From a virus, in IMG/VR virus record IMGVR_UViG_3300029258_002856: a stretch of 64,000 nucleotides of DNA. One strand, given 5' to 3'. The translations under genes were made by a program, and so were the position numbers. Below are positions 18,554 to 26,909 of the stretch, piece by piece (position 1 is the first letter of the stretch; every line of letters starts with the position of its first letter). The notes below the pieces were generated by a model. That model ran no database searches. It was not told the origin of the DNA and saw nothing but the letters and a program-made list of their open reading frames with translations.

Positions 18554-20290
18554 ATGACGACGGGATACAATATCGTTGACCCTTTCCTTTATGGGAAGCA
18601 GGGCGCGACGCACTCCAACCCGTATTACACATACAGTCAACTCTACAGCCCTAAACGGCTTCGAGATTTGTTCAAGTGGTGTGAATATCTGTTCTACAAC
18701 AGCTCTCACATTTACGCCGCCCTTCGGAAGTTTGGTGAGTATCCCATCACTGAGGTTACCTACGATACGACGAATGACGCCCTAAAGCAAAAGCACAAGG
18801 TACTTCTTCAGAAAGTCATCCGTATCCGCGAACTCCTGATAAAGGCGACCCTCGACAAATTCGTTTATGGAAACGCCTTCATCTCAATGTATCAGCCCTT
18901 TGTGCGGTACCTACGATGCCCGCACTGTTCTACGCTGACGAACATCCAGCACGTCAACTACAAATTTAGCGTTCGGAATTTGCACTTCTCCTACACCTGT
19001 CGGGCATGCGGTACCGCTGTGCGCGCCAAAGAGAAGGATGTCGAAGATCGAAAGTTGATGCTCAGTCGGAATATCAACTTCATCCGGTGGGACCCCAAGA
19101 AGATGGACATCGACCACAATCCGATGACGGGTGAGTCGGTGTACTACTACGAGATTCCGCAGTCGGTCATCCAGCGCGTTAACGACGGGCACAAGACTCT
19201 CATTGATACATTGCCTATGGGCTTCTTGAAAGCCATCAAGAAGAACAAACCATTCCGGTTTGCACCAGATGCGGTCTTCCACATGAAGATAGGTGGCCCT
19301 GCTGGAATCAACCCGCAGTGGGGTTTGCCCCCGCTTATCACGGCGTTGCAGCTCTTCCACTATACGGCGGTGCTTCGTAAAGCAAACGAGGCTATCGCGT
19401 TGGAATACCTTGTACCATTTAGAATCATACATCCCGCACAACAGAGCGGGAACGCGGACCCCGTACAGCAAATCAGTCTCGAGAACTGGCGCGACGAAAT
19501 GGCGCGCAACTTTAAGATGTGGCGTAAAGACCCTCTACACACGATGTGGGCACCGATTCCCGTCGGAATGACCCAAGTAGGGGGTCAGGGACGCGCGTTA
19601 CTCACTCTGGGGGAAGTCCAAGAGGCCGAGAAGAACATCGTTGCCGCTCTTGGCATCCCGATTGAGTTCCTTTACGGGGGTCTCACGAAGAGCGGGATGG
19701 AAGCAACCCTCCGTCTCATTGAAAATCAGCTCGAAACCCACGTCAACGACCTCAAGGACTTGCTCCAGTGGGTGGACGATAGCTGCTCGAAATTCCTTGG
19801 TTGGGAAAAAATACCGGTGAGCCTCACCAAGTTCCGAATGGTGGACGACTACAACAAGCAGGGAATGATGCTTCAGCTCTGGCAACAGGGTAAAGAGGGC
19901 GGTCCTCAAGTCGTTTCGGACACCACAATGGCTGAACTCAATGATATCGACCTCTCGCAAGAAGAGGAACGCATTAAGCAAGAAACGCTCGATGCCTACC
20001 GGCGTCAACGTGAACTCAATGCCGAACTCCAAAAGTTACAGAACAACCTCGCAGAAAAGGCTTTGCAGGAAGCTCAGAGCGGTGGGAACGCCACCAACCA
20101 GCAGCAAATCATCGGGCAGGCGGATATGATTGTACAGGAGCTTGCGCAGATGGACGAAGGAATGCGCAGGAGCAGGCTGCATGAGCTTCAGGTATCTGAC
20201 CAAGTGCTTTACGCCGTAGTGATACAGCGGTGGGAACAATACCAAACAAGCATGACTCAGGAAGCCAAATCCAGCATGAGGATGGGCTAG
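18554..20290 (+). CDS. Portal protein (probable)
   Basis: 578 aa, first gene of the virion block. Portal-like segments: IYAALRK, DKFVYGNAF, WGLPPL, IVAALGIPIEFLYG, SDTT. Coiled-coil C-terminus; CPHC/CRAC insert. Confidence 0.7.
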   Translation: MTTGYNIVDPFLYGKQGATHSNPYYTYSQLYSPKRLRDLFKWCEYLFYNSSHIYAALRKFGEYPITEVTYDTTNDALKQKHKVLLQKVIRIRELLIKATLDKFVYGNAFISMYQPFVRYLRCPHCSTLTNIQHVNYKFSVRNLHFSYTCRACGTAVRAKEKDVEDRKLMLSRNINFIRWDPKKMDIDHNPMTGESVYYYEIPQSVIQRVNDGHKTLIDTLPMGFLKAIKKNKPFRFAPDAVFHMKIGGPAGINPQWGLPPLITALQLFHYTAVLRKANEAIALEYLVPFRIIHPAQQSGNADPVQQISLENWRDEMARNFKMWRKDPLHTMWAPIPVGMTQVGGQGRALLTLGEVQEAEKNIVAALGIPIEFLYGGLTKSGMEATLRLIENQLETHVNDLKDLLQWVDDSCSKFLGWEKIPVSLTKFRMVDDYNKQGMMLQLWQQGKEGGPQVVSDTTMAELNDIDLSQEEERIKQETLDAYRRQRELNAELQKLQNNLAEKALQEAQSGGNATNQQQIIGQADMIVQELAQMDEGMRRSRLHELQVSDQVLYAVVIQRWEQYQTSMTQEAKSSMRMG

Positions 20291-20824
20291 ATGCAAGACA
20301 AAGAGAAAGACTTCCTCTCGACGGTATCCGAGGCCGGGGACCCTATTGTTGAATCCTCCGAAGAACTCGATAACCCGAGCGTGTTTGCGAAACAAGAGAA
20401 TCCGTTCGTTAAGCCCGGAGAAAAGGGGGGCGGCCCACGCTTGAACTACCGCGCACACTCCCGTGTTTTCACTATCTGGCGCGACTGGGAAACCTGTTCC
20501 CGCTGCAAGGACGAGCTAAAGAGCGGGTCTTTGCAACTTCCCAAGAGCGGGGATTACACTTGTCCTCATGTGCAGAACGGGGAGTTCAAAGAAGTGATGG
20601 ACGAAATTCTCTCTGGTAAATCGTTAATGGACCGACGGGAGTATTTCTATACCGATAGCGGTGCCCGTTGTGTTCATTTAACGTGGCTCACTCCCGACCA
20701 GGAAACAGTAGAGCGCCTCAAGAAAGCCGAAGCGTACAAGGAAGAACACGGGGTTTGGCCTCCCAATCTCAAGAAAGCTTTCGAGGACCCGGTAGAGGCC
20801 AAAAAAAGGGCAGTGGAGAGCTAG
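20291..20824 (+). CDS. Hypothetical protein
   Basis: Starts directly after the portal stop; CSRC...CPH motif. Confidence 0.65.
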   Translation: MQDKEKDFLSTVSEAGDPIVESSEELDNPSVFAKQENPFVKPGEKGGGPRLNYRAHSRVFTIWRDWETCSRCKDELKSGSLQLPKSGDYTCPHVQNGEFKEVMDEILSGKSLMDRREYFYTDSGARCVHLTWLTPDQETVERLKKAEAYKEEHGVWPPNLKKAFEDPVEAKKRAVES

Positions 20825-20845
20825 CGCTAAGCCTCTCCACTACCA

Positions 20846-20982
20846 GGACTCGCCGAAGGAGGTCAGCGTAACGGCGCTACAAGAACGCCAGCAGCACGAC
20901 GAATGGTCTGATTACCATTGCCGCGGCACCTCCCTCGGATTTACAGTCCGAATTCCATATGGGCCTCCTTTCGTCCGAGTCC
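20846..20982. ncRNA. Putative ~137-nt multi-branched structured element
   Basis: Closing stem GGACTCG/CGAGTCC extended by GAAGGAGG/CCTCCTTTC. Inner hairpins GGCG/CGCC, AATGGT/ACCATT and TCGGA/TCCGA. Confidence 0.45.
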
Positions 20983-21005
20983 TTGCATTCTTATACCATT
21001 AAGCC

Positions 21006-21035
21006 TTTACGTCTTCGTATCTCATCTCCTATACT
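21006..21035 (+). promoter_or_regulatory. Sigma70-like promoter for the RNAP operon
   Basis: TTTACG-N18-TATACT (CC-TATACT-T), 25 nt before the ATG at 21060, which has GGAGG. Confidence 0.55.
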
Positions 21036-21059
21036 TCATTTGACTTTTGGAGGAACTCG

Positions 21060-24000
21060 ATGCCCGAACTTACGCCCATTCTGGTGGACCCAGAGACCCG
21101 GCGCGACATGATTCGTGTCAAGGTCTTAGAGGGGTTGAAAGAGTCGTTTCCCCTCAAGGCCCGGAACCGCACTATCGAAGTCGATAACCTCGAAGTCGAT
21201 ACGAAAGAATTCTCATCGACAGACCAGAAGAATGCTCTCTTGCGGGGGGACTCCCTCTTCGAGCGCGTGAAAGGGACGGTTCGTCTCCGCGACAACAAGG
21301 GGAAGGTACTGAGCGAGGCATCGAACTTTACGCTAGCTCGCGTCCCATGGTTCACCCCACGCCACACCCTCATCGTAGGCGGCAACGAGTACTCCATTTC
21401 CAACATGGTGCGTCCGAAGCCCGGCGTGTACGCACGAAAGCGTGCCAATGGGATTCTGGAAGCGAACTTCAACGTCGTGGGCGGCGCGAACTTCAACGTG
21501 AGTATGGACCCCGAAAAGGGTGAACCGCAACTCGAGTACGGCGCGACGAAGGTACCCCTTTACCCCGTATTGCGGAGGGCCGGGGTCAGCCACGAGCGTA
21601 TCTCGAAAGCGTGGGGGAAGCAGCTGGCCGAAGCGAACTTCAAGAAGCTGTGGAAAAACTCGGGACGCACTATCGACAAGCTCTACGGGAAAGTCATTCC
21701 CGAGTACCGGCGCACTGCCGGTGCGGATACCGAGGCGAAGACGCGGGAAATATTTGCGCGTTACGCCGAAGCGAAGATGGACCCCGACGTCAACCGTCAG
21801 ACCCTCGGCAAGGGATACCGGGAAGTAACCCCCGACAGCCTGTTAGACGCCTCGGGGAAAGTCTTGCGCATCTTCAAGAACGCGGACGAGATTGACGACC
21901 GGGATAACCTGGACTTCAAGTCCTTCCACTCCGTCGATGATTTCTTCAAAGAGCGTATCAAACTGGACGCACGAGAGATTGCGCGGAAGGCAGCAATCAA
22001 GTCCGAGTCGACTCCGGACGTGAAGCGTATCATCCCCCCTGGTCCGTTTACATCTGGCCTCGTGAAGTTCATCAATAGCTCCCAGCTTGCGTCAGTTCCT
22101 ACGCAGACGAATCCCATGGAGCTCATTGACTCCGCGGTGCGCGTCACTTCCCTCGGGGAGGGTGGCATCTCGAGTGAGCGTGCGATTCCCATGGAAGCAC
22201 GACAGGTACATGTCACCCAGATGGGAGCGTTGGACCCTATACGCACTCCTGAGTCTTTCCGGGCCGGGATCGATGTCCGCGCCGCGATGATGGCAAAGCG
22301 CGATGCGCGTGGAAACATCTACGTGCCCGTGCTGGACGCGAAAACGCGCCGGGGTAAGTACATCCGCGCAGGGGATTTGCAACGCTCGGTCGTCGCTTTT
22401 CCGGGACAACAGTTGAGGGGACAAGTAGAAGCCCTTGATAACGGTGAAATCAAACGCCTTGCAGCGTCGCGGGTTCAGTACCAGATTCCACATGCTTCGG
22501 CACTCTATAGCCCCGCGACAAACCTGGTGCCGTTCCTCGAATCAGCACAAGGTAACCGGGCCATCATGGGTTCGAAGATGCAGGTTCAGGCCCTCTCTCT
22601 GGTGGGCCGAGAAGCTCCCATGGTCCAGGTCAAGTCGCAGACGGGGCCTACCTTCGAGCGCATCATGGGTGGGGTCATTAACCCAGTCTCCCCGGTGTCT
22701 GGGGTGGTCAAGAAAATCGACAAGGACTACATCTACGTCCAACCGGACGGCGAGAAGACCGGAGCCAAGGGCAACAAGTATGTAAAGATTCCGTATGAAA
22801 CCAACTTTCCTCTCGCAGCCAAAACGTACCTTGACCACAAACTTGGAGTACAGAAAGGTGACAAGGTTTCTGCGGGTCAGCGCTTGGGCGAGTCCAACTT
22901 CACGGATAACGGGGTCCTGGCGCTGGGCAAGAATCTGCGCGTAGGCTTCATGGCTTATGACGGGGCGAACTCCAACGATGCCGTAGTCGTCAGTGAGGGC
23001 GGCGCGAAAAAGCTCACGTCCGAGCGCATGTACAAAATCGTGGTCCCTCGAGACCCGGACTTGACATTCAGCCGGGACAAGCACCGCACTTACTATGGAC
23101 ACGGATATACCAAGGACCAATACAAGCCTATCGATAAAGAAGGCGTGATTGCGCCGGGTACGCAGATTAATCCAGGTGACCCCCTCGTCATGGGACTTCG
23201 CAAGACACAGCTCACCGCGGATGACGTACTTCTTGGACGGCTGCACAAGTCACTGGCGCGTCCGTTCCGTGAGAACGTACATGATTGGGACCATGACCAC
23301 CCTGGCGAAGTCGTGGACGTCGTGAAGACGCCCAAGCGAATCGCCATTACTGTCAAGACACGAGAACCTGCTGGCATCGGAGACAAGGTTGCTGGGCGCT
23401 ACGGCAATAAAGGGGTCATCTCGCAAATCGTTCCCGACGACCAGATGGTGCGAGACGAGAAGGATAGGCCTATCGACATCCTGATGACTCCCGCCGGGGT
23501 GGTATCTCGTATCAACCCGAGTCAGATTATCGAGACTGCCGTGGGGAAGGTCGCGGAGAAGACCGGAAAGCCGATTGCCGTAGAGAACTTCTCTGGGCGC
23601 AACAACGTTCAATGGGCCAAGGATTTACTCAAGAAACACGGACTCAAAGACAAGGAAACGGTGTACGACCCGCGTACCGGGCGCAAGATTCCCGGGGTGC
23701 TTGTTGGGCGGCAATATATCATGAAGCTCTTCAAGTCCACGGACACCAACTACTCAGCACGGGGCATCGAGAATTACGACGTAAACCAGCAACCAGCTAA
23801 GGGGGGTACTCAGAGCGCCAAGGTGCTGGGTCGTATGGAGTTCGACGCGCTCCTCTCCCATGGAGCACGGAACGTCTTACGAGAAGCCGCAACTCTGAAG
23901 AGCCAAAAGAATGACGAGTGGTGGCGCAACATGCAGCTCGGATACCCTACGCCACCTCCAAAGACCACTTTCGCTACTGACAAGTTCCTTACGATGCTTA

Positions 24001-25412
24001 CCGGGGCCGGAGTGCGCGTCGACCGGGAGAAGAACCAGCTTGCACTTGCCCCTCTCACGGACGCGGACACCTTGAAGCTCTCCTCAGGAGAAATCAAGGA
24101 CGCCAAGTTGGTGCGTGCCAAGGACTTGAAGCCCGAGCGTGGCGGACTCTTCGACCCCGCAGTTACCGGGGGCGTTCGCGGAGGAAAATGGTCCCACGTC
24201 GCTTTAGCGGAGCCGGTGGTCAACCCCGTATTCCGTGACCCTGTTCGACGTCTCCTGGGGATGACTAACTCCCAACTAGACCAGGCTATCCGGGAGAAGG
24301 GTGCGCGGCACATCAAGCGCGAACTCGGAAAGCTGGACCTGGATACCAGGGAAAAAGAACTCTACAAATCTCTCCGGGGACGTAAAGGTTCTGCGCTGGA
24401 TAACGATGTCAAGCAGCTCAAATATATCAAGGCTCTCAAGAAGCAGGGCCTCACTCCAGGTGACGCCTACGTCATTTCCAAAGTGCCAGTGGTGCCCCCA
24501 GTAGTGCGCCCAATCCTTCCCGGTAAAGGCGGCCAGGAACTCATCTACGGGGACATCAACCCTCTCTACCGCGACCTCGTGTACTTGAACAACCAGTTCA
24601 AAGATGTCAAGCAGTCCAAGCTGCTGCCCGACGAAGAGCAGCGTTTACGGCCTGCGTTGCAACAAGCAGTCGGGGCAGTTTACGGGGTAAATGACCCTAT
24701 CACTGCCAAGTCCAAAGCGCGGGGGCACAAGGGGTTCCTCACATATATCTCCGGTAAGGGAAGTCCCAAGTTCGGGTACTTCCACTCTAAACTCATGCGC
24801 CGTACACAGGACGTATCTGGCCGCGGCACCATTGTTCCCGATGTAACGCTCGGCATGGATGAAGTGGGCCTCCCTGAAGATATGCTGTGGTCCATGTACG
24901 GGAAATTCACCACCAAACGTCTGGTGGAGAAGGGTTACCAACCTCTTCAGGCCCAGCAGATGATTCAGGAGAAACATCCGGCTGCGCGAGAGGCGATGCT
25001 GCGAGAGGCCAAAGATAGGCCGGTGATGATTAACCGGGCTCCTACTCTTCACCGCTACAACATGATTGGGGCGTACGCCAGACCGATTCCGGGCAAGACC
25101 ATTCGGGTCAATCCGTTCCTTGAGAAAGGAATGAACGCGGACTACGACGGCGATACGATGATGGTTCATGTGCCGGTGCAGTCCAAAGCTGTTGACGATG
25201 TGAAGAAGATGACGCTCTCCAACTTACTCTTCGGAGACAAGTCCCGGGATGAGCTCATGGTCTTCCCGCAGCACGAAGCCATCATGGGTATCGCACATGC
25301 ATCTGAGCAGGATTCCGGAGGCGTAGTTAAAAAATTTAAGACTCGGGGTGAAGCGATGAAGGCGTACCATGAAGGTAAAATTGGATTAGGGACGCGAGTG
25401 AAAATAGGTTAG
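21060..25412 (+). CDS. rpoB-rpoC: Multisubunit RNA polymerase: beta subunit fused to the N-terminal half of beta-prime
   Basis: Beta motifs: GNRAIMGSKMQVQA, GDKVAGRYGNKGVIS, DILMTPAGVVSRINPSQ, YIMKL, QQPAKGG, GRMEFDALLSHGA. Beta-prime motifs: GGLFDP, WSHVALAEPV, VPVVPPVVRP, NRAPTLHR and catalytic NADYDGD. Confidence 0.95.
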   Translation: MPELTPILVDPETRRDMIRVKVLEGLKESFPLKARNRTIEVDNLEVDTKEFSSTDQKNALLRGDSLFERVKGTVRLRDNKGKVLSEASNFTLARVPWFTPRHTLIVGGNEYSISNMVRPKPGVYARKRANGILEANFNVVGGANFNVSMDPEKGEPQLEYGATKVPLYPVLRRAGVSHERISKAWGKQLAEANFKKLWKNSGRTIDKLYGKVIPEYRRTAGADTEAKTREIFARYAEAKMDPDVNRQTLGKGYREVTPDSLLDASGKVLRIFKNADEIDDRDNLDFKSFHSVDDFFKERIKLDAREIARKAAIKSESTPDVKRIIPPGPFTSGLVKFINSSQLASVPTQTNPMELIDSAVRVTSLGEGGISSERAIPMEARQVHVTQMGALDPIRTPESFRAGIDVRAAMMAKRDARGNIYVPVLDAKTRRGKYIRAGDLQRSVVAFPGQQLRGQVEALDNGEIKRLAASRVQYQIPHASALYSPATNLVPFLESAQGNRAIMGSKMQVQALSLVGREAPMVQVKSQTGPTFERIMGGVINPVSPVSGVVKKIDKDYIYVQPDGEKTGAKGNKYVKIPYETNFPLAAKTYLDHKLGVQKGDKVSAGQRLGESNFTDNGVLALGKNLRVGFMAYDGANSNDAVVVSEGGAKKLTSERMYKIVVPRDPDLTFSRDKHRTYYGHGYTKDQYKPIDKEGVIAPGTQINPGDPLVMGLRKTQLTADDVLLGRLHKSLARPFRENVHDWDHDHPGEVVDVVKTPKRIAITVKTREPAGIGDKVAGRYGNKGVISQIVPDDQMVRDEKDRPIDILMTPAGVVSRINPSQIIETAVGKVAEKTGKPIAVENFSGRNNVQWAKDLLKKHGLKDKETVYDPRTGRKIPGVLVGRQYIMKLFKSTDTNYSARGIENYDVNQQPAKGGTQSAKVLGRMEFDALLSHGARNVLREAATLKSQKNDEWWRNMQLGYPTPPPKTTFATDKFLTMLTGAGVRVDREKNQLALAPLTDADTLKLSSGEIKDAKLVRAKDLKPERGGLFDPAVTGGVRGGKWSHVALAEPVVNPVFRDPVRRLLGMTNSQLDQAIREKGARHIKRELGKLDLDTREKELYKSLRGRKGSALDNDVKQLKYIKALKKQGLTPGDAYVISKVPVVPPVVRPILPGKGGQELIYGDINPLYRDLVYLNNQFKDVKQSKLLPDEEQRLRPALQQAVGAVYGVNDPITAKSKARGHKGFLTYISGKGSPKFGYFHSKLMRRTQDVSGRGTIVPDVTLGMDEVGLPEDMLWSMYGKFTTKRLVEKGYQPLQAQQMIQEKHPAAREAMLREAKDRPVMINRAPTLHRYNMIGAYARPIPGKTIRVNPFLEKGMNADYDGDTMMVHVPVQSKAVDDVKKMTLSNLLFGDKSRDELMVFPQHEAIMGIAHASEQDSGGVVKKFKTRGEAMKAYHEGKIGLGTRVKIG

Positions 25413-26909
25413 ATGCCTTACGCCTCACCAGCACAACGCGCCGCAGTCTGGGCCAAACGCAATGCGCAAGCAGTCCTGACTTCGGGAAACCCTGTCACCA
25501 AGCAGGAAGTGCACGATTACTACTCTAACCCGGTCATTAAGCAGCGTGTCTTGGCAGCCCTGGCAAACCGGGACCTTTTGGCAATCCAGTCAAGAAGCCC
25601 GGATGAGCAAATCGTCAGGCGCTACCGCAAGAAGAATGAGCCCATTCGTGTTGAGAACCCCGAGGACCTCGACTGGTATTCCTCTCGACGCTACACCGAG
25701 TTCCATCCTACGGTCGGGGAGAAGACGGATGAGGTCTGGGTGGATATCGACCCGGGCAAAAACAAGAATACCGAGGACACCAAGGGTCCTACAAAATTTG
25801 TCTATGACCTCCTACGCACCATCCCCGCAGTCAAAGCCGTTGAGCTGGCGTTTTCTGGTGGGCGGGGATTTCATGTGCGTGGAAAACTAGATAAGCCTCG
25901 ACCGACCAATGAAGCCCGTGGAATGCTCCAGGAGTATCTGAAACAGCTCCCTGAACGGCATACGGAACTCACGCTCAAGACGCCGAGGCCAGATGAGATT
26001 CGGTTGGATGTCTCTACCTTGCACCCAAAAGGCTCTATCCGGGCTCCGTATTCTCTCAACGCAGAGACGGGTCTCGTAGCAGTACCGCTCGTTCCATCTC
26101 AGCTCGAGAAGTTCAACCCGCAGAAAGATGCGACACCACAAACGGTGTTGGGCAAGACCGAGTTCGCTCCCGGTATCCCTCAAGAGCGAAAAACATACCC
26201 CCTCCCCGATTTCAAGCGACCGAAAACTTGGACTCTCGCAATCCAAGAACACGATGCGCAACGGGCCGGGAAGCATTGGGACCTTCGCCTCGTCGACCCT
26301 CGAACAACGCATGCCCACTCCTGGGCAGTGCCAAAGGCGCAGTTCCCGCAAGGCAATAGCCCGCTTCTGGCGGTACAGACTCCGACACATACGGCGAGGT
26401 ACGCTCTCACCTTCGGGGAACGCAAACCCAAGGAGATTCGGAAGGGGTATGGAAAGGGCGTCGTTCAAATTTTGCACAAGGAACCTGTAAAGGTCTTGTC
26501 GTCTTCGCCCGATAAAATTAAATTTGAGAGAGACGTGGACGGAAATCCGGAGAGGTACATGCTGTTCAAGTCAAAAGAAAATTCATGGTTGATGCGCCGA
26601 ATCAAAGAAGCGGGGCGTGCAGCTATGCTCAAGAAGTTGGGCGTCGACAAGAGTAAATTCGTGGGCAAGAAACCCTCTAACACCGAGCTGGAAACCCCAA
26701 TGGATGTCGAGGATGAGGGGCTCCCGGCAGGACAGCTTGCTCGTGCCCTCTCGGATATACCGACGGCTGCGGGGCGAGAGAACCGTGATGCTCAAGGCAC
26801 TGATGATGTGGAGGGACGCCTCAACCGCACGACGACTTGGACTGAGCCTGACCACATCCCGATTGACTACGCTCAGGGTCCGTCGCCGGTTATGCCGGGG
26901 AAATTCTAA
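25413..26909 (+). CDS. ligD: LigD-like protein: primase-polymerase (PolDom) plus 3'-phosphoesterase domain, no ligase domain
   Basis: AEP motifs EFHPT, WVDIDPG, FSGGRGFHV, RLDVS...APYSL...VAVPL. PE motifs IQEHDAQRAGKHWDLRL, SWAVPK, LAVQTPTH...Y, GYGKGVV. No KxDG ligase motif. Confidence 0.85.
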   Translation: MPYASPAQRAAVWAKRNAQAVLTSGNPVTKQEVHDYYSNPVIKQRVLAALANRDLLAIQSRSPDEQIVRRYRKKNEPIRVENPEDLDWYSSRRYTEFHPTVGEKTDEVWVDIDPGKNKNTEDTKGPTKFVYDLLRTIPAVKAVELAFSGGRGFHVRGKLDKPRPTNEARGMLQEYLKQLPERHTELTLKTPRPDEIRLDVSTLHPKGSIRAPYSLNAETGLVAVPLVPSQLEKFNPQKDATPQTVLGKTEFAPGIPQERKTYPLPDFKRPKTWTLAIQEHDAQRAGKHWDLRLVDPRTTHAHSWAVPKAQFPQGNSPLLAVQTPTHTARYALTFGERKPKEIRKGYGKGVVQILHKEPVKVLSSSPDKIKFERDVDGNPERYMLFKSKENSWLMRRIKEAGRAAMLKKLGVDKSKFVGKKPSNTELETPMDVEDEGLPAGQLARALSDIPTAAGRENRDAQGTDDVEGRLNRTTTWTEPDHIPIDYAQGPSPVMPGKF

